A DNA stretch of 64,000 nt from the human T2T-CHM13v2.0 reference genome, Homo sapiens, in assembly GCF_009914755.1 (NCBI RefSeq), contig NC_060948.1, one strand, 5' to 3'. Of this stretch, positions 1 through 13,300 are shown piece by piece. The notes under the pieces are model-generated. The model was not told the DNA's origin and did no database searches. It worked only from the letters and a program-made list of their open reading frames with translations. The position numbers and the translations under genes were made by a program. Each line of letters starts with the position of its first letter. Position 1 is the first letter of the stretch.

Positions 1-974
1 GACTGAAATGAAATGGAATGGAATTGAATGGAAATTAATGCAATGGAATAGAATGGAACGAAATTTCACGGAATGGAATCAAACTGAATGGAATCAAATC
101 AATGGAATATAATCAAATGGAATGGAAAGGAATTGAATGGAGTAGATTGGATTGGATGGGATTGGAATGAAAAGTACTGGAAAGGACTCGAATTTCATGA
201 AACGGAATGGAATGAATTAGAACGGAATGGACTCGAATGGAATGGAATGTCATGGAATGGCATCAAATGGAATGGAATCGAATGCGATGGAATAGAATGC
301 AATGGAATGCTATGGAATGGAATGGAATGCATTGGAATGGAATGTCCTCTAATGGAATGGATTCGAGTGGAATGGAATCGAATATAATGGAGTCGAATGA
401 AATGGAATTGAAAGGAATGGGATCGAATACCATGTAATATACTGGAATGTAATGTAATGAACTCGAATGTAATTGACTGGAATGGAATGTACATGAATGG
501 AATGTAATCGAATGGAAAGTAATCCAATGGAATAGAATCTAATGCAATAAAATCGACTCAAATAGAATAGAATGTAATGGAATGGAGTGCAGTGCAATGG
601 AATGGAATGGAATGGAATGCAATGGAATGGAATGGAATGGAATGGAATAGGATGGAATGGTATGGAATGGATAGTAATGGACTGGAGTGAAATGGACTGG
701 AAAAGAATGGACTCAAATTGAAAGGGCTCGAAAGGAATGGAGTCAAATGGAATGGTCTGGAATGGAATGAATACGAATGTAATGCAATCCAATAGAATGG
801 AATCGAATGGTATGGAATATAAAGAATTGGAATCGAAGAGAATGGAAACAAATGGAATGGAATTGAATGGAATGGAATTGAATGGAATGGGAACGAATGG
901 AGTGAAATTGTATGCAGTAGAAGAGAATAGAATGGAATGCAAGCGAAAGGAAAGGAATGGATTGGAATGGAATG

Positions 975-1031
975 GAATTCATTGGAATGGAAGGGAATGT
1001 AGTGTAATGGACAGGCCTGGAATAAAGTGGA
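975..1031. other. Diagnostic EcoRI (975-980) and HaeIII/StuI (1013-1018) landmark of the classic male-specific ~3.4 kb band
   Basis: GAATTC and AGGCCT are seen once at this position in every unit. DYZ1 was originally defined as a HaeIII/EcoRI fragment of this size. Confidence 0.9.
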
Positions 1032-1388
1032 ATGCTACGGTCTCGAATGGAATAAAAGTGTATGGAATAGAATGCAATGAAACGGAATCGAATGTCATAG
1101 AATGTAATGGAATGCAAAAAAATGGACTCCAAAATCATTGACTGGAAAGGCTGGGTGTCGAAAGGAATTGCCTCCAATGGAATGGAATCGAATGGAATGG
1201 AAGTGAAAAGAATGGAACTAAATCGAATGGAATGGAATTGATAGGAACGGAATGGAAAGGAATGCAATGATTTGGCATGGAATGGAATCGAATGGCATCG
1301 AATGGAATGGAATGGAATGCAATTGAATGGAATGTATTAGAATGTAATGAACTTTAATGTAATGTACTCGAATGGATTCGACTGGAAT

Positions 1389-1403
1389 GGAATGTTCTCG
1401 AAG
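1389..1403. promoter_or_regulatory. Perfect heat shock element motif 1 (nGAAnnTTCnnGAAn), recurring per unit
   Basis: gGAAtgTTCtcGAAg here and gGAAtgTTCtgGAAg in other subfamilies (e.g. 4922-4936). The motif match is direct; function is inferred. Confidence 0.55.
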
Positions 1404-1653
1404 TGAATGGACTCCAATGGAATGGATTCGAAAGGAATGGAATCTAATGGAATGGAATTAAATGGAAATGAATCAAATTGAATAGAACGGAATTGAATGG
1501 AATGGAATCGAATGCAATGGAATCTAATGAAACGGCAAGGAAAGTAATGGAATGGAATGGAATGGGCTGGAATTGAATGGAATCGAAACGAATGGAATGG
1601 AGTCGAACTGAAGAGACTGAAATGGAATGCACTGGAATGGAAGGGAGTGTAAT

Positions 1654-1668
1654 GGAAGGTTCTCGAAA
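1654..1668. promoter_or_regulatory. Perfect heat shock element motif 2, recurring per unit
   Basis: gGAAggTTCtcGAAa; mutated to ATC in subfamily B. Confidence 0.55.
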
Positions 1669-2674
1669 AAAATGGAATCGAAAGGAATGGAATTGAATGG
1701 AACGGAATAGAGTCGAATGGAATTCAATGGAATGGAATGGACTAGAGTGAAATGGAATCGAACCACAAGGAATGGACAGGAACAGAATGGTCTCGAATTG
1801 AATGGAATCGTATGGAATGGCATCAAACGGAATGGAATGGACAGCCACGGAATGGAATGCACTCGAATGCAATGGAGTCGACACTAATGGACTGGAATAG
1901 AATGGACTCGACTGGTATGGACTCCAATGGAATGGAATCGAATGGAAGGGAATGGAACGGAATGGACTCGAAGGGAAAAGACTGCAATGGAAAGGTCTCG
2001 AATGGAATGGAAATTAATGGAATGGAATGGAATCGAATGAAATTGAGTCAAAAGGAATGGAATCGAATGGCAAGAAATCGAATGTAATGGAATCGCAAGG
2101 AATTGATGTGAACGGAACGGAATCGAATGGAATCCAAAGGAATGGAATAGAATGGAATGGAATCGAATGGAAAGGACTCGAATGGAAATCACTCGAATAG
2201 AATGCAATTTAATAAAATAGGATCAAATGTAATGGAATGGAATGGAAAGGAATCGAAACGAAAGGAATGGAGACAGATGGAATGGAATGGAACAGAGAGC
2301 AATGGTATAGAATGGAATGGAATCATCTGGAATGGAATTGAATGGAATGGAATAATATGAAATGGAATGGAATGGAATGGAATGCCCTTGAATTAAATGG
2401 ACTGGAATGGAATGGACTCAAACAGAGTGGAATGGAAAGTGTTGAAATAGAATGGAATGGACTCGTTTGGAATGGTCTAGTATGCAATGCAATCGACTGG
2501 CAGGGAATCAAGAGGAATGTAATCGAATGCATTGGACTGGAATGCAATGGACTCGAATAGATTGGAAACGGAATGCAAAGGAATGGAATGGAATAGTATG
2601 GAATGGAATGGAAAGGAATGGAGTGGAATAGACTAGAGTGGAATGGAATGGACTGGAAAGCAATGGACTGGAAT

Positions 2675-2689
2675 GGAACTTTCTTGAAT
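2675..2689. promoter_or_regulatory. Perfect heat shock element motif 3, recurring per unit
   Basis: gGAActTTCttGAAt. Confidence 0.55.
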
Positions 2690-3299
2690 GGACTGGAATC
2701 AAACGGAATGGAATGCAATGCAATCAAATGGCATGGAATAAAATAGAATGAAAGAGAATCAAATGGAATTGAATCGAATGGAATCTAATGGATTGGAAAG
2801 GAATAGAATGGAATGGAATGGAATTGACTCAAATGGAATGGACTAGAATGGAATGGATTCGAATGGAAGTCAAAGGAATGGAATCTATTGGAATGGACTG
2901 TAATGGAATGGAATGGAAGGGATTGGAATGGACTCGAATGGAATGGACTGCAATAGAAAGGATTCGAATGGAATGAAAAAGAATTGAATGGAATAGAACA
3001 GAATGGAATCAAATCGAATGAAATGGAATGGAAGAGAACGGAATGGAATGAAATGGAATGGAAAGGATTCGAATGGAATGCAATCGAATGGAACGGAATC
3101 GAACGGAATGGAATAAAATGGAAGAAAACTGGCAAGAAATGGAATCGAAATGAATGGAGTGTTATGGAACGGACTCAAAAGGAATTGAATGTAATAGAAT
3201 GGAGTGGAGTGGACTCGAATATAATGGACTGGAATGGAATGAAATCACATGGAATGGGAACGAATGGAATGGAATGGAAAGGAATGGAATGGAAAGGAA

Positions 3300-6200
3300 T
3301 GGAATCGAATGGAAAGGAATCGAATGGAAGGGAATGAAATTGAATCAACAGGAATGGAAGGAAGTAGAATAGACGGTAATGGAATGGACTCGAATAGAAT
3401 GGACACGAATGCTCAAATTGAATGGACTCGAATGGAATGGAAACGAAAGGAATGTCGTCGAATGGAATTGAATCGATTGGAATGAAATCGCATAGAATGG
3501 AGTGGAATCAAATGGAATTGAATCGAAAGGAAAGGAAGCGAATGGTCTGAAATGAAATGGAATGGAATTGAATGGAAAGTAATGCAAGGGAATAGAATGG
3601 AACGAAATTTCACGGAATGGAATCAAACTGAATGGAATCAAATCAATGGAATATAATCAAATGGCATGGAAAGGAATTGAATGGAGTAGATTGGATTGGA
3701 TGGGATTGGAATGAAATGTACTGGAAAGGACTCGAATTTCATGAAATGGAATGGAATGAACTGGAACGGAATGGACTCGAATGGATTGGAATGTCATGGA
3801 ATGGCATCAAATGGAATGGCATCAAATGGAATGGAATCGAATGCAATGGAATGCTATGGAATGGAATGGAATGCATTGGAATGGAATGTCCCCTAATGGA
3901 ATGGATTCGAGTGGAATGGAATCGAATATAATGGAGTCGAATGAAATGGAATTGAAAGGAAAGGGATCGAATACAATGGAATATACTGGAATGTAATGTA
4001 ATGAACTCGAATGTAATTGACTAGAATGGAATGTACATGAATGGAATGTAATCGAATGGAAAATAATCTCATGGAATAGAATCTAATGCAATAAAATCGA
4101 CTCAAATAGAATAGAATGGAATGGAATGGAGTGCAGTGCAATGGAATGGAATGGAATGGAATGCAATGGAATGGAATGGAATGGGATGGAATGGTATGGG
4201 ATGGATAGAAATGGACTGGAGTGAAATGGACTGGAAAGTAATGGACTCAAATTGAAAGAGCTCGAAAGAATGGAGTCAAATGGAATGGTCTGGAATGGAA
4301 TGAACACGAATGTAATGCAATCCAATAGAATGGAATCGAATGGCATGGAATATAAAGAAATGGAATCGAAGAGAATGGAAACGAATGGAATGGAATTGAA
4401 TGGAATGGAATTGAATGGAATGGGAACGAATGGAGTGAAATTGTATGCAGTAGAAGAGAATAGAATGGAATGCAAGCGAAATTAAAGGAATGGATTGGAA
4501 TGGAATGGAATTCATTGGAATGGAAGGGAATGTATTGCAATGGACAGGCCTTTAATAAAGTGGAATGCTACGGTCTCGAATGGAATAAAAATGTATGGAA
4601 TGGAATTCAATGAAACGGAATCGAATGTCATAGAATGTAATGGAATGCAAAAAAATGGAATCCAAAATCATTGACTGGAAAGGCTGGGTGTCGAAAGGAA
4701 TTGACTCCAATGGAATGAAATCGAATGGAATGGAAGTGAATAGAATCGAAGTAAATCGAATGGAATGGAATTGTTAGGAACGGAATGGAAAGGAGTGCAA
4801 TGATTTGGCATGGAACGGAATCGAATGGCATTGAATGGAGTGGAATGGAATGCAATGGAATGGAATGTATTAGAATGTAATGAACATTAATGGAATGTAC
4901 TCGAATGGATTCGACTGGAATGGAATGTTCTGGAAGTGAATGGACTCCAATGGAATGGATTCGAAAGGAATGGAATCTAATGGAATGGAATTAAATGGAA
5001 ACGAATCAAATTGAATAGCACGGAATTGAATTGAATGGTATCAAATGCAATGGAATCTAATGAAATGGAAATGAAAGGAATGGAATGGATTGGAATGGGC
5101 TGGAGTTGAATGGAATCGATACGAATGGAATGGAATAGAACTGAAGAGACTGGAATGGAATTCACTGGAATGGAAGGGAGTGTAATGGAAGGATCTCGAA
5201 AAAAATGGAATCGAATGGAATGGAATTGAATGGAACGGAATAGAGTCGAATGGAATTCAATGGAATTGAATGGACTAGAGTGAAATGGAATCGAACCACA
5301 AGGAATGGAGAGGAATAGAATGGTCTCGAATTGAATGGAATCGTATGGAATGACATCAAACGGAATGGAATGGACAGCCACGGAATGGAATGCACTCGAA
5401 TGCAATGGAGTCGAAACTAATGGACTGGAATAGAATGGACTCGACTGGTACGGACTCCAATGGAATGGAATCGAAAGGAAGGGAATCGAACGGAATGGAC
5501 TCGAAGGGAAAAGACTGCAATGGAAAGGTCTCGAATGGAATGGAAATTAATGGAATGGAATGGAATCGAATGAAATGGAGTCAAAAGGAATGGAATCGAA
5601 TGGCAAGAAATCGAATGTAATGGAATCGCAAGGAATTGATGTGAACGGAACGGAATGGAATGGAATCCAAAGGAATGGAATAGAATGGAATGGAATCGAA
5701 TGGAAAGGACTCGAATGGAAATCACTCGAATAGAATGCAATTTAATAAAATAGGATCAAATGGAATGGAATGGAATGGAAAGGAATCGAAACGAAAGGAA
5801 TGGAGACAGATGGAATGGAATGGAACAGAGAGCAATGGTATAGAATGGAATGGAATCATCTGGAATGGAATTGAATGGAATGGAATAACATGAAATGGAA
5901 TGGAATGGAATGGAATGCCCTTGAATTAAATGGACTGGAATGGAATGGACTCGAACAGAGTGTAATGGAAAGTGTTGAAATAGAATGGAATGGACTCCTT
6001 TGGAATGGTCTAGTATGCAATGCAATCGACTGGCAGGGAATCAAAAGGAATGTAATGGAATGGATTGGACTGGAATGCAATGGACTCGAATAGATTGGAA
6101 ACGGAATGCAAAGGAATGGAATGGAATAGTATGGAATGGAATGGAAAGGAATGGAGTGGAATAGACTAGAGTGGAATGGAATGGACTGGAAAGCAATGGA

Positions 6201-9200
6201 CTGGAATGGAACTTTCTTGAATGGACTGGAATCAAACGGAATGGAATGCAATGCAATCAAATGGCATGGAATAAAATGGAATGAAAGGGAATCAAATGGA
6301 ATTGAATCGAATGGAATCGAATGGATTGGAAAGGAATAGAATGGAATGGAATGGAATTGACTCAAATGGAATGGACTAGAATGGAATGGATTCGAATGGA
6401 AGGCAAAGGAATGGAATCTATTGGAATGGACTGTAATGGAATGGAATGGAAGGGATTGGAATGGACTCGAATGGAATGGACTGCAATAGAAAGGATTCGA
6501 ATGGAATGAAAAAGAATTGAATGGAATAGAACAGAATGGAATCAAATCGAATGAAATGGAATGGAATAGAAAGGAATGGAATGAAATGGAATGGAAAGGA
6601 TTCGAATGGAATGCAATCGAATGGAATGGAATCGAACGGAATGGAATAAAATGGAAGAAAACTGGCAAGAAATGGAATCGAAATGAATGGAGTGTTATGG
6701 AACGGACTCAAAAGGAATTGAATGTAATAGAATGGAGTGGAGTGGACTCGAATATAATGGACTGGAATGGAATGAAATCACATGGAATGGGAACGAATGG
6801 AATGGAATGGAAAGGAATGGAATCGAATGGAAAGGAATCGAATGGAAGGGAATGAAATTGAATCAACAGGAATGGAAGGAAGTAGAATAGACGGTAATGG
6901 AATGGACTCGAATAGAATGGACACGAATGCTCAAATTGAATGGACTCGAATGGAATGGAAACGAAAGGAATGTCGTCGAATGGAATTGAATCGATTGGAA
7001 TGAAATCGCATAGAATGGAGTGGAATCAAATGGAATTGAATCGAAAGGAAAGGAAGCGAATGGTCTGAAATGAAATGGAATGGAATTGAATGGAAAGTAA
7101 TGCAAGGGAATAGAATGGAACGAAATTTCACGGAATGGAATCAAACTGAATGGAATCAAATCAATGGAATATAATCAAATGGCATGGAAAGGAATTGAAT
7201 GGAGTAGATTGGATTGGATGGGATTGGAATGAAATGTACTGGAAAGGACTCGAATTTCATGAAATGGAATGGAATGAACTGGAACGGAATGGACTCGAAT
7301 GGATTGGAATGTCATGGAATGGCATCAAATGGAATGGCATCAAATGGAATGGAATCGAATGCAATGGAATGCTATGGAATGGAATGGACTGCATTGGAAT
7401 GGAATGTCCCCTAATGGAATGGATTCGAGTGGAATGGAATCGAATATAATGGAGTCGAATGAAATGGAATTGAAAGGAAAGGGATCGAATACAATGGAAT
7501 ATACTGGAATGTAATGTAATGAACTCGAATGTAATTGACTAGAATGGAATGTACATGAATGGAATGTAATCGAATGGAAAATAATCTCATGGAATAGAAT
7601 CTAATGCAATAAAATCGACTCAAATAGAATAGAATGGAATGGAATGGAGTGCAGTGCAATGGAATGGAATGGAATGGAATGCAATGGAATGGAATGGAAT
7701 GGGATGGAATGGTATGGGATGGATAGAAATGGACTGGAGTGAAATGGACTGAAAAGTAATGGACTCAAATTGAAAGAGCTCGAAAGAATGGAGTCAAATG
7801 GAATGGTCTGGAATGGAATGAACACGAATGTAATGCAATCCAATAGAATGGAATCGAATGGCATGGAATATAAAGAAATGGAATCGAAGAGAATGGAAAC
7901 GAATGGAATGGAATTGAATGGAATGGAATTGAATGGAATGGGAACGAATGGAGTGAAATTGTATGCAGTAGAAGAGAATAGAATGGAATGCAAGCGAAAT
8001 TAAAGGAATGGATTGGAATGGAATGGAATTCATTGGAATGGAAGGGAATGTATTGCAATGGACAGGCCTTTAATAAAGTGGAATGCTACGGTCTCGAATG
8101 GAATAAAAATGTATGGAATGGAATTCAATGAAACGGAATCGAATGTCATAGAATGTAATGGAATGCAAAAAAATGGAATCCAAAATCATTGACTGGAAAG
8201 GCTGGGTGTCGAAAGGAATTGACTCCAATGGAATGAAATCGAATGGAATGGAAGTGAATAGAATCGAAGTAAATCGAATGGAATGGAATTGTTAGGAACG
8301 GAATGGAAAGGAGTGCAATGATTTGGCATGGAACGGAATCGAATGGCATTGAATGGAGTGGAATGGAATGCAATGGAATGGAATGTATTAGAATGTAATG
8401 AACATTAATGGAATGTACTCGAATGGATTCGACTGGAATGGAATGTTCTGGAAGTGAATGGACTCCAATGGAATGGATTCGAAAGGAATGGAATCTAATG
8501 GAATGGAATTAAATGGAAACGAATCAAATTGAATAGCACGGAATTGAATTGAATGGAATCGAATGCAATGGAATCTAATGAAATGGAAATGAAAGGAATG
8601 GAATGGATTGGAATGGGCTGGAGTTGAATGGAATCGATACGAATGGAATGGAATAGAACTGAAGAGACTGGAATGGAATTCACTGGAATGGAAGGGAGTG
8701 TAATGGAAGGATCTCGAAAAAAATGGAATCGAATGGAATGGAATTGAATGGAACGGAATAGAGTCGAATGGAATTCAATGGAATTGAATGGACTAGAGTG
8801 AAATGGAATCGAACCACAAGGAATGGAGAGGAATAGAATGGTCTCGAATTGAATGGAATCGTATGGAATGACATCAAACGGAATGGAATGGACAGCCACG
8901 GAATGGAATGCACTCGAATGCAATGGAGTCGAAACTAATGGACTGGAATAGAATGGACTCGACTGGTACGGACTCCAATGGAATGGAATCGAAAGGAAGG
9001 GAATCGAACGGAATGGACTCGAAGGGAAAAGACTGCAATGGAAAGGTCTCGAATGGAATGCAAATTAATGGAATGGAATGGAATCGAATGAAATGGAGTC
9101 AAAAGGAATGGAATCGAATGGCAAGAAATCGAATGTAATGGAATCGCAAGGAATTGATGTGAACGGAACGGAATGGAATGGAATCCAAAGGAATGGAATA

Positions 9201-10340
9201 GAATGGAATGGAATCGAATGGAAAGGACTCGAATGGAAATCACTCGAATAGAATGCAATTTAATAAAATAGGATCAAATGTAATGGAATGGAATGGAAAG
9301 GAATCGAAACGAAAGGAATGGAGACAGATGGAATGGAATGGAACAGAGAGCAATGGTATAGAATGGAATGGAATCATCTGGAATGGAATTGAATGGAATG
9401 GAATAACATGAAATGGAATGGAATGGAATGGAATGCCCTTGAATTAAATGGACTGGAATGGAATGGACTCGAACAGAGTGTAATGGAAAGTGTTGAAATA
9501 GAATGGAATGGACTCCTTTGGAATGGTCTAGTATGCAATGCAATCGACTGGCAGGGAATCAAAAGGAATGTAATGGAATGGATTGGACTGGAATGCAATG
9601 GACTCGAATAGATTGGAAACGGAATGCAAAGGAATGGAATGGAATAGTATGGAATGGAATGGAAAGGAATGGAGTGGAATAGACTAGAGTGGAATGGAAT
9701 GGACTGGAAAGCAATGGACTGGAATGGAACTTTCTTGAATGGACTGGAATCAAACGGAATGGAATGCAATGCAATCAAATGGCATGGAATAAAATGGAAT
9801 GAAAGGGAATCAAATGGAATTGAATCGAATGGAATCGAATGGATTGGAAAGGAATAGAATGGAATGGAATGGAATTGACTCAAATGGAATGGACTAGAAT
9901 GGAATGGATTCGAATGGAAGGCAAAGGAATGGAATCTATTGGAATGGACTGTAATGGAATGGAATGGAAGGGATTGGAATGGACTCGAATGGAATGGACT
10001 GCAATAGAAAGGATTCGAATGGAATGAAAAAGAATTGAATGGAATAGAACAGAATGGAATCAAATCGAATGAAATGGAATGGAATAGAAAGGAATGGAAT
10101 GAAATGGAATGGAAAGGATTCGAATGGAATGCAATCGAATGGAATGGAATCGAACGGAATGGAATAAAATGGAAGAAAACTGGCAAGAAATGGAATCGAA
10201 ATGAATGGAGTGTTATGGAACGGACTCAAAAGGAATTGAATGTAATAGAATGGAGTGGAGTGGACTCGAATATAATGGACTGGAATGGAATGAAATCACA
10301 TGGAATGGGAACGAATGGAATGGAATGGAAAGGAATGGAA
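3300..10340 (+). repeat. Subfamily B block: two near-identical 3518-bp units
   Basis: Shared variants at exactly +3518: GTCGTCG, GGTCTG, GGCATGGAAAGG, GAGCTCGAAAGAAT (1-bp deletion), CGAAATTAAAGG, GGCCTTTAAT, GGATCTCG, AATAACATG. Boundaries are approximate. Confidence 0.88.
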
Positions 10341-13300
10341 TCGAATGGAAAGGAATCGAATGGAAGGGAATGAAATTGAATCAACAGGAATGGAAGGGAA
10401 TAGAATAGACGGTAATGGAATGGACTCGAATAGAATGGACACGAATGCTCAAATTGAATGGACTCGAATGGAATGGAAACGAAAGGAATGTCATCGAATG
10501 GAATTGAATCGATTGGAATGAAATCGCATAGAATGGAGTGGAATCAAATGGAATTGAATCGAAAGGAAAGGAAGCGAATGGACTGAAATGAAATGGAATG
10601 GAATTGAATGGAAAGTAATGCAATGGAATAGAATGGAACGAAATTTCACGGAATGGAATGAAACTGAATGGAATCAAATCAATGGAATCTAATCAAGTGG
10701 AATGGAAAGGAATTGAATGGAGTAGATTGGATTGGATGGGATTGGAATGAAATGTACTGGAAAGGACTCGAGTTTCATGAAACGGAATGGAATGAATTGG
10801 AACGGAATGGACTCGAATGGAATGGAATGTCATGGAATGGCATCAAATGGAATGGCATCAAATGGAATGGAATCGAATGCAATGGAATGCTATGGAATGG
10901 AATGGAATGCATTGGAATGGAATGTCCTCTAATGGAATGGATTCGAGTGGAATGGAATCGAATATAATGGAGTCGAATGAAATGGAATTGAAAGGAATGG
11001 GATCGAATACAATGGAATATACTGGAATGTAATGTAATGAACTCGAATGTAATTGACTGGAATGGAATGTACATGAATGGAATGTAATCGAATGGAAAGT
11101 AATCCAATGGAATAGAATCTAATGCAATAAAATCGACTCAGATAGAGTAGAATGTAATGGAATTGAGTGCAGTGCAATGGAATGGAATGGAATGGAATGC
11201 AATGGAATGGAATGGAATGGAAAGGAATGGAATGGAATGGGATGGAATGGTATGGAATGGATAGTAATGGACTGGAGTGAAATGGACTGGAAATGAATGG
11301 ACTCAAATTGAAAGGGCTCGAAAGGAATGGAGTCAAATGGAATGGTCTGGAATGGAATGAACACGAATGTAATGCAATCCAATAGAATGGAATCGAATGG
11401 CATGGAATATAAAGAAATGGAATCGAAGAGAATGGAAACAAATGGAATGGAATTGAATGGAATGGAATTGAATGGAATGGGAACGAATGGAGTGAAATTG
11501 TATGCAGTAGAAGAGAATAGAATGGAATGCAAGCGAAAGGAAAGGAATGGATTGGAATGGAATGGAATTCATTGGAATGGAAGGGAATGTAGTGTAATGG
11601 ACAGGCCTGGAATAAAGTGGAATGCTACGGTCTCGAATGGAATAAAAATGTATGGAATGGAATGCAATGAAACGGAATCGAATGTCATAGAATGTAATGG
11701 AATGCAAAAAAATGGAATCCAAAATCATTGACTGGAAAGGCTGGATGTCGAAAGGAATTGACTCCAATGGAATGGAATCGAATGGAATGGAAGTGAATAG
11801 AATCGAACTAAATCGAATGGAATGGAATTGATAGGAACGGAATGGAAAGGAATGCAATGATTTGGCATGGAATGGAAACGAATGGTATCTAATGGAATGG
11901 AATGTAATGTAATGGAATGGAATGTATTAGAATGTAATGAACTTTAATGGAATGTACTCGAATGGATTCGACTGGAATGGAATGTTCTGGAAGTGAATGG
12001 ACTCCAATTGAATGGATTCAAACGGAATGGAATCGTACGGAATGGAATCTAATGGAATGGAATTAAATGGAAATGAATCAAATTGAATAGCACGGAATTG
12101 AATTGAATGGAATGGAATGCAATGGAATCTAATGAAACGGAAAGGAAAGGAATGGAATGGAATGGAATGGGCTGGAATGGAAAGGAATCGAAACGAATGG
12201 AATGGAATCGAACTGAAGAGACTGGAATGGAATGCACTGGAATGGAAGGGAGTGTAATGGAAGGTTCTCGAAAAAAATGGAATCGAATGGAATGGAATTG
12301 AATGGAACGGAATAGAGTCGAATGGAATTGAATGGAATGGAATGGACTAGAGTGAAATGGAATCGAACCACAAGGAATGGACAGGAATAGAATGGTCTCG
12401 AATTGAATGGAATCGTATGGAATGGCATCAAACGGAATGGAATGGACAGCCACGGAATGGAATGCACTCGAATGCAATGGAGTCGAAACTAATGGACTGG
12501 AATAGAATGGACTCGACTGGTACGGACTCCAATGGAATGGAATCGAATGGAAGGGAATCGAACGGAATGGACTCGAAGGGAAAAGACTGCAATGGAAAGG
12601 TCTCGAATGGAATGGAAATTAATGGAATGGAATGGAATCGAATGAAATGGAGTCAAAAGGAATGGAATCGAATGGCAAGAAATCGAATGTAATGGAATCG
12701 CAAGGAATTGATGTGAACGGAACGGAATGGAATGGAATCCAAAGGAATGGAATAGAATGGAATGGAATCGAATGGAAAGGACTCGAATGGAAATCACTCG
12801 AATAGAATGCAATTTAATAAAATAGGATCAAATGTAATGGAATGGAATGGAAAGGAATCGAAACGAAAGGAATGGAGACAGATGGAATGGAATGGAACAG
12901 AGAGCAATGGTATAGAATGGAATGGAATCATCTGGAATGGAATTGAATGGAATGGAATAATATGAAATGGAATGGAATGGAATGGAATGGAATGCCCTTG
13001 AATTAAATGGACTGGAATGGAATGGACTCGAACAGAGTGGAATGGAAAGTGTTGAGATAGAATGGAATGGACTCCTTCGGAATGGTGTAGTATGCAATGC
13101 AATCGACTGGCAGGGAATCAAAAGGAATGTAATCGAATGGATTGGACTGGAATGCAATGGACTCGAATAGATTGGAAACGGAATGCAAAGGAATGGAATG
13201 GAATAGTATGGAATGGAATGGAAAGGAATGGAGTGGAATAGACTAGAGTGGAATGGAATGGACTGGAAAGCAATGGACTGGAATGGAACTTTCTTGAATG

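Larger units (their letters stand above)
88..3631 (+). repeat. Representative DYZ1 monomer (unit 1, 3544 bp)
   Basis: Measured anchor to anchor. It contains landmarks that recur in every unit: GCAGTAGAAGAGAATAG, GACAGGCCT, GAAAGGCTGGGTGTC, GCAATTTAATAAAATAGG, GCCCTTGAATTAAAT, TTCTTGAAT, GAAGAAAACTGGCA and AAATTTCACGG. Confidence 0.95.
1..11300 (+). repeat. Copy 1 of the 49,571-bp-offset duplication (units 1-3 and the 5' part of 4)
   Basis: Rare variants and the ORF pattern recur at +49,571 (88/49659, 3632/53203, 7150/56721), and at +49,566 after a 5-bp deletion (10668/60234). Confidence 0.9.

Noticed and set aside
59-201. Additional HSE-like motifs (GAAatTTCacGGA; GAAtTTCatGAA)
   Set aside because: The third pentamer is mismatched or the spacing is off by one, so they are not counted as perfect HSEs.
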